Assembly (NCBI GenBank): GCA_003693705.1
Contig: RBZT01000527.1
Span: 1-64,000, forward strand
Source: Polymyxa betae A26-41
Taxonomy: Eukaryota > Protista > Endomyxa: Phytomyxea
DNA length: 64,000 bases
Direction: 5' to 3'
Shown: positions 1 through 11,216 of the stretch, in pieces
Layout: each line of letters begins with the position of its first letter
How positions within the stretch are numbered: the stretch's first letter is position 1
Translations under genes and position numbers: made by a program
The notes under the pieces: generated by a model
Seen by the model: only the letters and a program-made list of their open reading frames with translations
Told to the model about the DNA's origin: nothing
Databases searched by the model: none

Positions 1-161
1 TTAAGATTGCCGCAACTGTACTGTATTTTAAAAAAGATGCCAAGGAATCTTTTTGGTGCATTTTAACTTTAGCAAATCATACGTTATGAATTTGGTAAGT
101 TCTATAAATAGATCCGCAGAAAATAAAGTCCGAAGGTATTTTCTTGAAAACTAATGTATCT

Positions 162-246
162 TTCTGTTTAGTTGCGGACAGCTCTCGATGTTAAGTCTCT
201 GGACCTCGGGTCGTGGGTTCGAGTCTCGCCAAGGGAACGTTTTTTT
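162..246 (+). other. Degenerate tRNA-like sequence (tRNA pseudogene or tRNA-derived SINE head)
   Basis: T-arm GTGGG-TTCGAGT-CTCGC (213-229), imperfect acceptor pairing TTCTGTT/AAGGGAA, short D-like stem GTTG/CAGC and a T7 run at 240-246. No convincing anticodon arm. Confidence 0.3.
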
Positions 247-723
247 CTGACAACTTTCCAATGCGTATCACACAGCACGATACGAAAACGAGACATCACG
301 TTCGGTGAAGAAAGACACTGAGTGGAAGAGTGTTTACGGTGGTGCAACTTCCCCCGAACGGATTGGATCAGTGACTACCCCTTAATACTCCCTCATTGGA
401 TAAAACCGGTCAAGGGCTTAACTGCCTTTGAAGGCAATTGGATAGGCAACGCCTTCATGAAAGCGGACGCGATGGGCGACGTTCTGAAGGACCTGAGTCT
501 CAGGGCACTTTTCCGGCAAGTAAAGGCACCGCGCCGCCACGGTGATCTGATCTCACCTAATCCATCGCTGTTGACCCCTTTGATAGGACGGAACAGATTT
601 CCACCGTTCAGCATCGTTCCTGCTTGATTGACGGTGATAATGGGATTTCACGCACAGAATCTCTCAATCAAGATGAGTGAAGATTATGCCAATACGCATC
701 CTGAGTCTATTCGCAACCTTTTA

Positions 724-2245
724 TCATTGATTGCATTTTACTGGCGGGCTTGTAGGACTGCTGATGTCGAACGAATGCTGTCTGTGATGTGTAGTAGCTG
801 CCGTTGCACTATCAACGGTACTTATAAGAGCGGCGTCGGCCTTACGCAGTCGTACAACCCGCAGAATCTGGGGACAGATCACCGATCGTATAGCGCTGGT
901 CACATATATTGCTGAGAATGATAGAGACCAGGTGTCCGGATAGAGCCACCAGCCTATCACACCCATAAATACAGCCGCCACCTTGATCAGTAACAGGACG
1001 CCGTGAATGGCCACGTTCACGCAGATGCGATTCAGGAACTCCTGCTGGCTGTTGTCCGAGATCTGTAGCTTGCGGAATGGAGCGAACAGCTGCCGGTACA
1101 GCCAGATCGCCGAATAGATCAGATAGGTGCCGGTGATCAGCTCCAGAAGGAAGAAGATGGCCGCGTTCACAACATCGATTCTCGGGATGAAACGTTCGAT
1201 ATGGAATGCGGATCCGGTGATAACCGCGGCGTCCAGCATGACCGGAACGATCACGATGAACTTGTAGAAGATCCTGCTGATTCGTTTCCCAGATGGAAAG
1301 ACGACCGCCTTCGCTCCCTGTTGTGAGAGAATCTGGCTCCAGATCCGTGCTGAGACCATGGTGGCCAGATAGAACGGCCCGGACAGATTCGTGCCGAACG
1401 CTCGCGCGACGGTCGATGGGATGTTGGAGGCCGCCCAGAACCCGTTCAGAGCGCAGATCGCACTCATCGTCCCCGATGCGCAGCCTTCAATCATCAGAGC
1501 GACCATCGGTTCCCGGAACTGCTTCGCGATCGATCGTATCCTCTCCACGATCGCGAATAGCGCGGATTCAGGATGATTCGGCGCTGATCGAGATCGCGAA
1601 CGTAATGATAGAGATAGGAGAAGGAGAACAGCATCCCGATTAAGTAGAAGACGGCCGGAATCCATCGTGTACCGAACTGATACAGGCGCGATTCGAACAT
1701 CGTGATCCAGAGGTTGGGGTCCAGCGCGACCGTGATGCGGTCCCGGGACGGACCCAGTCCGGCGGCAGGTCCGGACTGAACACCTTCATATAGATCAGAT
1801 TGTTCCAGTCCGGAGATCTCCGCCGCGATGTGAACTGCAGGTTGGCGGACAGCCCGGGCCAGAACCTCGACGCACCTATGTTACAGAGCTAAGTCCGCGT
1901 CCGTCGTACCGACCCAGCGAAAAACGGCCTACGGAAGACGACCAGGGCGCCGGCCTCCTGGAACTGTTCGTAGATGATCTCGTCCAGACAGGTGCCGACC
2001 GTGGCCAGGAACACGGCCTTGCCACGGACCTCGGCGGCGTCCTGAACGCTGCACGGGTCGGACCGGAGGACGACGAGCGAGGCCGTGACGGCCGGCGAAT
2101 GGTCGGGCCCGTGTTGCGGACCCAAAAACCGGGTCGTGGCCGAGCAGTAGATCGACTGATTATTGGAATGGAACAGGACCCGGGCCTGGCCCTGCTCGAG
2201 AGCCAGTACGGCGTAGATCAGGACGCAGCCCCGCCAGTGTAACAT
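724..2245 (-). CDS. Signal peptide + PA (protease-associated)-like ectodomain + multi-pass (~7TM) membrane receptor; contains an apparent frameshift
   Basis: N-terminus MLHWRGCVLIYAVLALEQGQA; PA-like segment SDPCSVQDAAEVRGKAVFL...FQEAGALVVF; probable short intron near 1877-1910. TM1 (WIPAVFYLIGMLFSFSYLY) is in the 1494-1700 frame and the remaining TM helices are in the 724-1665 frame, switching near 1540. Confidence 0.6.
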
Positions 2246-3212
2246 GGGCTGGCGGCCTCGTGTACCGAATTGGGGCTATGAGACCGATCATCATTGTCGT
2301 CGTCATACTGTACGTCGGTGGCCGCGCTCCAGTACGTTAGCGACAGGGGTTTCGATGTCCACAGTTGGATCCGTACGTGCCGACAGAGAGCTTGCTGTCG
2401 GGCATCCGTACCCGGATCGATAAAAACGAATGTAATGAAGCTTATAGTGCGGGGAAGTTTCAATGCTGAAAAGTCTTGTAGCAGCCAACTCCGCCAACTG
2501 GTAGTAGTGGGCGCAACCCTGCCAGTGTCGCAGCCTGAACCATCTCGAACGGCGAACCATCGAACGAGGCTAGGGCTGGCGGCTCTGGGTTCGCAAACCC
2601 TCAGTCTATGGCCTCTTGGGCAACTGGTCAAGACTTTGACTCATGCAGATGCGAGATCTCTTTCTGTCCAAATCCGTGAAGGAGCTTTCAAAAAGATCCA
2701 TTGAATAAAGCATTTGAGGGAATGAATCCAAACGTTATCGTCGTGTAGTGAGCCCCGCGACAAATGACAGCTTGATCAATTGGTCGTTCGCATAACGCTT
2801 CATTCGTCAGCATCCTCGCGTGCGCTAGCCGACCATCGCCACCGTTTAAGCTGCGGATCCTGTCTTTCACATGCAGTGTCTGCTTTAACCTATAGTGCTA
2901 CAGTACTGCTACAAAAAGTCACAATTGAATGAATGATCGGCATGAGGCATCTTTATAGAGAAATCAGACTTTTGGCTTGCCGAGACGACAATCTTGCTAC
3001 ACGAAAAAGACCTGGAGTTAGATATCTAAATGCTATAGTGTTCTCAAGAAAGGTAAACATCAACTGTACCGGTGCACCTTGTACCCAACATCCATCTATT
3101 AACGACGGCGTACTGTCGATCATCTGCTGCTAAGGACATCTCCCGCTGATTTCAAATGATCAGAAGTTCGCTCCAGGAGAGTTTCCTCAGATTGGATCCG
3201 AAACGTACCGAT

Positions 3213-3341
3213 CCCGCTTGATCCGTACTGACAGCGAAAGCGCGGTCATTCAACTGCGATTACGCCGATCCGATCCGGAGAACGTGGCGTACTGGCCCCG
3301 CTTGATCCGTACCGAAAGCGAAAGCGCGGTCATTCAACTGC
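3213..3341. repeat. 45-bp direct repeat, two copies (3213-3257, 3297-3341)
   Basis: CCCGCTTGATCCGTAC(T/C)GA(C/A)AGCGAAAGCGCGGTCATTCAACTGC, 2 mismatches between copies. Confidence 0.9.
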
Positions 3342-3343
3342 AG

Positions 3344-3417
3344 TCACGTGATCACCAATTAATTGGTTCACATTGATCATTCTTAATCACGTGATCATCT
3401 AATAAATGGCTCACGTG
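3344..3417. promoter_or_regulatory. Three clustered CACGTG E-box motifs just upstream of the FAAL megaenzyme start
   Basis: CACGTG at 3345, 3388 and 3412, each preceded by T (two as TCACGTGATCA), plus the palindrome ACCAATTAATTGGT between them. Confidence 0.4.
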
Positions 3418-3437
3418 GATCATCCATAATCAGTGAC

Positions 3438-6400
3438 ATGCTCCAGGCAAGCCAAGAACGCGCCAGCAATGGCGACGCCGACCTCGAAGTTTTCGCGTTC
3501 GTCGACCATCGCGGAGCGGTCAGCGAATCGTTAACGAATGCCACCTTGTGGCGACAATCCGGTGCGATGGCCGCAGCACTACTAAAGCAGGTCCATCGCG
3601 GCGACAAAGTACTGATGGTATACACGCCCGGGATCGACTTCGTCGTCGCCTTCCTGGCCTGTTTACGAGCAGAGCTGGTGGCCGTTCCGATTCCGCCTCC
3701 AGACCTGACGCAGAACGGATCCAAAGCCCAGGAAGAATCGCGCAAATTCATCGCGATCGCCAAAGATTCAGGCGCCGTAGCAGTCCTAACCAATAAGGAG
3801 TACAACCAGGCCAAGAACATGAAAGCAGCGATGAAATGGATCCAATCTTGGGTCTGGAGCGACAGCAGCAATGTGACCTGGCCGGACCTGCTCTGGATCG
3901 TGACCAATGATCTTCGTTTCGGCTCAGAGACGCTACCGCCGCAGGACGTTGATCCACCGCTGGATCGTGTCGCCTTCCTGCAATACACATCGGGATCGAC
4001 ATCACAGCCGAAAGGCGTTAGGTCAGTACCTGTCTGCCATCGGAAACCATCGCTGAAACGCCAGCAGGATCACGTTTGGGAACATGAAGCATCAATTAGA
4101 AGCCAACGCCGACATCTTGAACATAAAGAGCACCAGCTGCAATGTCTGTTGGATGCCCCATTTTCACGATTTCGCTTTAATCTCGCATATTGCCAGTATC
4201 TTCTCCGGCAATGGTCGCCTCATCATGTTATCGCCGCTCACATTCCTCGCGAAACCGATCTTATGGTTGGAGCTGGTCGGGCGCTATAGTGCGACCCATC
4301 TTGCCTGTCCTCCATTCGCCCTCTCCATGCTGGTCAGAAAGACGACACCGCAACAGCGCGCAGCTCTTCAGCTGCATTCCATCACGTCGCTGCTTGTGGC
4401 GGCCGATACCATCAAAGGCGCGGCGATCAAAGAGTTCTGTGATGCGTTTTCCGAGTCCGGGTTTCGTCCGAGCATGATTCAGACGGCGTATGGTCTTGCT
4501 GAGCACTGCGTTGGCATCACGATGACAACAGCCCAGAAGCCGGTTACTGAGCTCCCCGTAGACAGCGACATTCTATTCAGCGAACGTCGCATTGAGATCG
4601 TACCATCCAGCCCTTATAGCATCGTATCGTGTGGCGCCCCGATGCCAGGAGTCGCCGTTCGTATCGTCGATCAGGACCAGGTCCAGCCCGAAGGGTACAT
4701 CGGCGAAGTCTGGGCCGACTCCGACAGCAAAGCCGATGGCTACGACGGCCAGCCTGAACTGAGCCGGGCGACGTTCCAGGCCCGCCTCGAGGGCGACACC
4801 GAGCTTGCTTATCTGAGGACCGGCGATCTCGGCTTCCTATGGAAGGGACAGCTATACATCACTGGGCGTCTTAAAGAGATCATCAAACTGTATGGGAGGA
4901 CCCTCCATCCAGTCGATATAGAGCTGTGCGCAACCCAGGCGCACAGCCTCCTCCGTCCTGGCTCTGTCTGTGCCATTGCTGTTTCACATCCTCAAGATGG
5001 CAGTGATCGTCTCGTCATTGTCGCGGAAGTCCAGAAGGGTCGGGAGCCCGACCACGGTACAATCAATGCGATTGTCGATGCTGTTCGCCAGGCAATCCTG
5101 GAGACGTTCTCGGTGTCGTGCCATGCTGTGATTCTGGGTCGTCCTGGGCAGCTGGTGCGAAAAACGACCAGCGGAAAGATTCAAAGGGCGCTGCTGCGAA
5201 CATGGTATCTCGAAGGTCGTCTCGCTCGTCCAACGGAGACGTCGCTGCGGTCGCCAATTTCGAATGCCCTTCTGTACGCTCCATCGCCGCTCGCATCCGG
5301 CCGCCGTCTTCTTCCTCCATCTCCGACCATGGCTGTGCAAATGGGTCAGAAAACAGTATCAAGTCGCTCGTTCTCATTCCAAATGACTGCTCTCGGCCAT
5401 ACTCATGATGATCGCATGCGCCGCCTCTGCGCTGCTGTGCATGATGCCGGCTTCGCCGCCGAAATCCGCCAGCTGGTTGAATTGAATACGGCAGTCAGCT
5501 CACAGCGGAATCAATTGCAGCGGAAGTGTCCATATCAGAAACGCGCTTTCCACGCGGAAGGCGTCGGAGCACGAGGCGATATCCAAATGTCGTTGATTGG
5601 GAATGATCTGTTTTCCCTGGAAGAAAAGCGCGGGCTGAAGGCGGCGGTACGCTTCTCCAATGTTCTCTTTTCCGATGATCGTCATCCACAAATTCGAGGC
5701 GCTGCTTTGAGGATCTACGCGGGAGACGATATCGACAGGCCGTTGATGGATTTCATTTTCCAGAGCGGCGATGGGCGTGACCTCTTTCCTAGCACTCGTC
5801 TGGCGCTGGAAATCTTTAAAGACAACGAATATGTGATGGGGCTGCCGCCATCCCACCCCCTGCGAGACGCTCATCGGTCTGCTATCCGTCAGGTCCCGGG
5901 TTCGTACGCCGACCTGCATTATTTCGGCGTGCATACGTATTCGTGGCATTCAACGCACTGGGCCCGGTTCCGATTCCGTCATCGAGATTGTCATGAAACC
6001 CTTCCTCCTTATTCGAACGATCAGAACTGTGATCTCCTTGATCTGCGGCCTGCACCCGAAGACAATCGCGCTCACGATTTTCTGCGAACATCTTTCTTGA
6101 ACGAAAGCCTTTCGGGCGGCGGCGAACGTTACGTGGTTGAAGTACAGATTCGTCCGAAATCCAAAGACGACGCTGTCGATTTCAAGATGCAAGACGGCCT
6201 GGTCTTATGGGATGACACGCCGTGGCAGCTGTTTGCTGAGGTCGCTCTCGACGATCCGCTTCCCGATGATGTTACGGAAAGCCTCAGATTCAACATTTGC
6301 AATTCTCCCATCGATATTGAGATTGTTGCTGGTTCCGATGCTGATCATCCGGCGTCGTCTGGCCAATGCCGGGCCATCACCTACGCCATTGCATCCAGCA

Positions 6401-8924
6401 TTCGCCGCGGCGTCGCACTCCCCGACTATCTAGCTAGTTTTGTTCAAATGAAGCCCTCTCCTGCCATGTTGCTCACAACTGGGTCCGATATGGCATCTGC
6501 GCAGTGCTCATCGGTGGTCGTTATTGGTGCGGGCTCCTCCGGTTTGGCAGTGGCAATGGCTCTGGAACGTCGTGGGTATCAGGTGACCGTGCTGGAGGCG
6601 GCTGCCAACGTCGGCGGCAAAGCATCGTCCATCTATTACGACCAGAAAGTGTTCGACTGGGGTGGACATCTCTGCAATAATTCGTATTATAACGTTCGTG
6701 CTCTTGTTAATCGTTTCGAATTGGAAATCGAGCCCGCTGCTCCTCCCCATTTGTTTAACTGCAAGGAGCGCCGATCGACGATCTGCAACATTTTCCAAAA
6801 TGGTGACGAGACTGATTTTTTCCAGCGCGCCATTCGTTCCATGACCGAAGATTTCGGTGTTCGCGATCGCGTCTCGACGCCGCTGTCTATATGGGCCGGT
6901 GCAATGAAAGTTCCTTGGCGTAAATGGATCGAAGCGGATTCTGCACGGAAGAAGCAGCTTTGGCCGGTCATCTTGCAAATGAATAGCTGTGGTTACGGGT
7001 TCTCCCTCGACCATCAGATTCCTCTGGCGTTTCTCGCCAAACTCGTCGCTGTCTCTGACGAGTTCCGTTCGGTGGGATGGACGTTGAAGGCTGGCATGCA
7101 ATCGCTCTATGACGCTATGGCTGACAACCTGAACGACATTCGCCTCAATTCTCCTGTCGCCGGGATCGAGCGGCGTGATGGTTCTGTCCAGGTTCGTCTC
7201 TCCAGTGGCGAGGTTTTTGCTGCCGATTACGTTGTGTCTTCGCTGTCACTACCACACACGATCGCTTTGCTTGACTCTCCTTCAGAGACAGAGCTTTCTG
7301 TTGCCGGTGCCGTCCGTACGTTCTGCTATTATACAACGATCGCTAGGTGTCGTGGCTTAGAGCAATTCGCCATTGGATTCCACGTTATGGACGTATTTAA
7401 CGAACCCGACCAAGCTGCAGGCAGCATCGGCCATGTCGTAGCTTGGCACAAACGCTACACCGATTGCAACATTTACCTGTTCTATTCGTTTGCACCCGAT
7501 CTGCAATCCGGCGATGCTGTACAGCGCTTGCTGCAGAAAGATGTTAAAGAGATACTGGATGGCGATGTCATCGAGATCTTGAACCAGCGTGCTTTCGATT
7601 TCTTCCCGTACGCAACTGAACCGGATCATTTCTATCCCAAATTGGCTGAAATTCAGGGTCATGAACGTCTCTGGCATGTTGGCAGCATTTGCAATATCGA
7701 GTCAGTGATATATGTGGTTTTTTCGTTTAAATTTTGGCCTCATTTTCTTAAGTGCTCTGTTGAATATTCTTTGTTGGTAAAAGGTTTTCCATTGTCGAGG
7801 TTCTTGTCTCCGCTCTGTACCATTTTGTTTGTTGCTTTCACTAATCTTGTCGTTTTAGATTGATGGAAGGAAATTTGAGTTTTGGTCAGCGTCTAGTTCG
7901 AGAAAACTTCCCACCTGTTGAACCCAGTTGCTTTCTATCGCCTTCTCCCAGCTCCATGCCCGTTATGCACCGAGAGTTAACTACTACTGAACGCTTTATC
8001 GTCGATTCGATTTTTGCCGAATGCCCAGAGATCGATATCGGCCCGGGAGCGGTTGCCCCAACAGATAAAATCGCCTCTCTTGGAATCACGTCAATTTCTC
8101 TACCGGCTCTGGCCAACACCTTCAGCAAATATACCGGCACCCGAGTTCGTCTCATCGACTGCGCGATTTATCCGACGGTTCAAGCGCTGGGCGCCTTCCT
8201 GGACCGAGTTCGCGATCAGACCCAGCTTCAGACATTCCAATTCATCAAGCATATACGCTCAATCAGCGAAGAAGGTGGCGAAGGCTCCAACTCGATCCTG
8301 TTCATGGTCCACGATGGGCTGGGTCGTACTCATCAATATGTTAACAGCTCTCATTATCCGCTGTCCTTGATCCAGCCGTATTGGGAAGCCCACAACGCCA
8401 CTCTCCTGACGTCACTGGACGAAGTCGCCGCCTTATATGTCGGACAGATCCGGGCTGCACGGCCCCAAGGGCCTTGGCGCTTGGGCGGGTATTCCCTGGG
8501 CGCCATGCTGGCCTGGCGCATGGCCCAGATGCTCGGTGTCGTGGATCGGTTAATATTGATCGACTGCCCGTGCATCCCGCCCTTATTGCATGAAGCTGTT
8601 GCTGATGCCAACGTCATCCGGCTGCTTCAGTCACAGTTCTCGGATATGGAACATTTCGAGTACAGTCGCGCGCTAACTGATCAGATTCCCAAGAATCCGG
8701 TGCTGCCTGGACAGCGATCAGGACCGACCTTGGTGATTGTTGGCTCCAAAGGTGTCGTCCAGGATATGAAACTGGCTAATACTGATGAGTTGAAGCAAAG
8801 CTGGGGGCGGGCCATTGGCTCTGAGCTTAGCTTTGTCAACATCGAGGGAGCCAATCACACCAACATTATGTTGGCACCGTATGCCGATCAAGTACATTCT
8901 GCAATCGAGCAATTCTTGCATTGA
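3438..8924 (+). CDS. Multidomain FAAL - catalase-like heme (AOS/HPL-type) - FAD oxidoreductase - ACP - thioesterase, ~1760 aa; exons 3438-4021, 4068-7700, 7859-8924
   Basis: FAAL: AFLQYTSGSTSQPKGV, WMPHFHDFALI, AYGLAE plus insertion, YLRTGDLGF, ITGRLKEII, KTTSGKIQR. Catalase-like: KRAFHAEG, VRFSN, IRGAALRI, RAITY. FAD domain: VVVIGAGSSGL...VLEAAANVGGK...FDWGGH. ACP: LGITSI. TE: VHDGLG, GPWRLGGYSLG, LILID, GANH. Introns 4022-4067 and 7701-7858 (both GTCAGT...AG) join the three ORFs in frame: 5283 nt = 1761 codons. Confidence 0.9.
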
Positions 8925-9259
8925 CCAGATTCAACACTCTTTGAAATAAATCTTTGTTTTTTAGTTGTGACGGATGAAGAGTTATGTAGTTCATGGTTCT
9001 CTCACTGGTCAATGCACTGGACAGAATCTATTTCCTGTTTATTCATACCGCAATTCAGAGGCGTCCATCGTTTCCCTTTCTAAACCTGCTTTTTTACTGA
9101 TGTATGCACAATCAGGAAAGCAAATCTTTTAGTTCGGATGAAGATGATTCCTAAGCAGAACATGATTTCGGGTGAATGGCTAAACGATGGTCATCGAATA
9201 ATGCAAAATTAACAAGAAGAGACCACCACATCCTACAAAATATCTTGACAAATATCTCG

Positions 9260-11163
9260 ATGGGAAATCAGCTCGCCTGCGTAGATGACGACAGTCCTGT
9301 CCATCACTATCATTCATATGAAGATTGTAAGCTCGGTCAGAGCCGATCCATTCCCGGTCATGATCGGACTTGTACAGTGACATTGGAAGCGATTCGAGAG
9401 GCGGCGTCGAACTGGACCGATTTGTACGGCCATGGTCACACCGATCTGGATCGCGACCAATTCGAGCTCGTTAGCGATGGGATCTCTTTCCCCGACATCA
9501 GCGATGCCTAACGCCAACCGATAGGTGTTCGGGGCGGCTCTCGGCGATACCGACCCAGATTGGGCCCGATGGACGTCGTCATCCGGCAACGAACAGGTCG
9601 TGGCAGCCCCCGATGTATTCGTCGCCATGGCCCTGCATAGCCAAGAGCCGCTCCCGCACCGATTGGCGTTCGTGTACGACCTGTTCGTGCACGACGACAC
9701 GGTGACCAGCGCCGACCTGATTCGGACCTGCGTCGGCGTCTTGACCCGAATCGGCGGCGGCGGCGGCGACGACGAGCAGGCGCCACCCCAACCGGAGCCC
9801 ACGGGCCCCGATTCCATGGATCGCGACGCGTTCGTGGCCTGGGCCAGTACGGACCTGGCCCTGGGACGGTACCTGCACCGGCACACGCGGTACGTCGACG
9901 TCCGCGTCGGCCGCGTCGAGGCGCGGCTCGCGTTCCTGGACGCCCTGGACCGGTACGACCGGGCCGCCAGCCGCCTGGATCGGACCGTGCCTCTGGATCA
10001 CGCTCTGTATCTGATGGGGTGGATGGCCGCCCCCGATGGGCTCACCGACGCCGAGATCGGCCTGGTGACGGACGCCCTGGACCAGCAGGGCCGCGTGGAC
10101 CGGACGGCGTTCGAATCGATGGCGCAGGCCGTGACCCTGTTCGGTGTGGCATCGAAGCGGACCGGACAGGCGCTGCCGAGACCGCAGGCCGAGGCCGTGA
10201 TCCGGATGCAGCACAGATTCGATCCGACCGATCATCGCGTCCGAGCCGAACTCGAGTCGCTCGGCTACGACGGTGACGACACGCACGCGGCCGCCACCTG
10301 GGTCCTGACGCGGCCGCGATGGCTCCAGTCGAAGTGCCCCGGGTCCCTGTTCGAAATCGAACTGTATTCGGAGTTTGAGGTTCGGCTGTCTGTTTCACGT
10401 TACCCGGAACTTGGCGTTACCTTGATCGTTCACGTTACTGACTGTCCGATTCTGTGTTCAGAAATACGATGCGGACCAGAGCGGGAAGTTATCATCTGTT
10501 GAGGTCGCCGATATGATCTACAGCAATATGGTTCGTGATCATATCGGGGATCGCGTCATTCAAGCATCGCATCACTCTCAGGACTTGATGCGATCTATGG
10601 TGGAGGCGTTGGCTCTCGAGATCGTACAAGAAGCTGATCAAGACGCCGACCTCCATATCACCTGGTAAGCCAGCCAACAGAATCGCGTCATGTTCCTTCT
10701 AATCGCATCCAGGCCGGAGCTACGCCTTCGTGCCGCCTTCATCAAGCAGCGCTGCAAGCAGCTCGCTCAATGGTTCCTCGATTATCATCTGTCGTTCCTG
10801 GCGCGCTACTTCGCATTCGACGTCGACCTGAACGCCACGCTGGACGTGGGCGAGATCGAGGCGGCTCTGCTGCAGCGATTGCGGCCGCTGGTCGTGGACC
10901 AGATCCTGTCCGTGGCGGAATCGACGCAGCTGGCTCGGGACACGACCCGCGAGATCTTCGCCGCCACGGACCAGGACGGGAACGGCGTCGTCTCGGCCGG
11001 CGAATTCAACAGCTGCATGCATCGGATCGCGGCCCTCGAGAAGCAAATGCTACAGACGGCCCTGCAGGTCCGTACGCATCGATCGAACGCCGCCCGCTCC
11101 TACGCCAAAGCTTTACCCAAGGCGAAGCTGACGACCTTGGCCTCGTTACGACCTGCCAGATGA
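9260..11163 (+). CDS. Putative N-myristoylated EF-hand calcium-binding protein (calcineurin B/NCS-like), multi-exon
   Basis: Start MGNQLAC (Gly2 with a nearby Cys); RLAFVYDLF segment; C-terminal EF-hand loops DVDLNATLDVGE and DQDGNGVVSAGE; short introns such as 9327-9377. Confidence 0.7.
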
Positions 11164-11216
11164 ATAAACGCAGCCGCTATTTAACAAACGTCTTTTATTT
11201 GGGATTTTTGGTGCGA

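Noticed and set aside
322-627. 101-aa ORF
   Set aside because: Non-ATG start, no recognisable motif and no supporting gene structure.
7701-7863. Hydrophobic C-terminal 'membrane anchor' of ORF 4084-7863
   Set aside because: It is read-through of a T-rich intron (GTCAGT...TTTTAG); splicing restores the conserved flavoenzyme ending.
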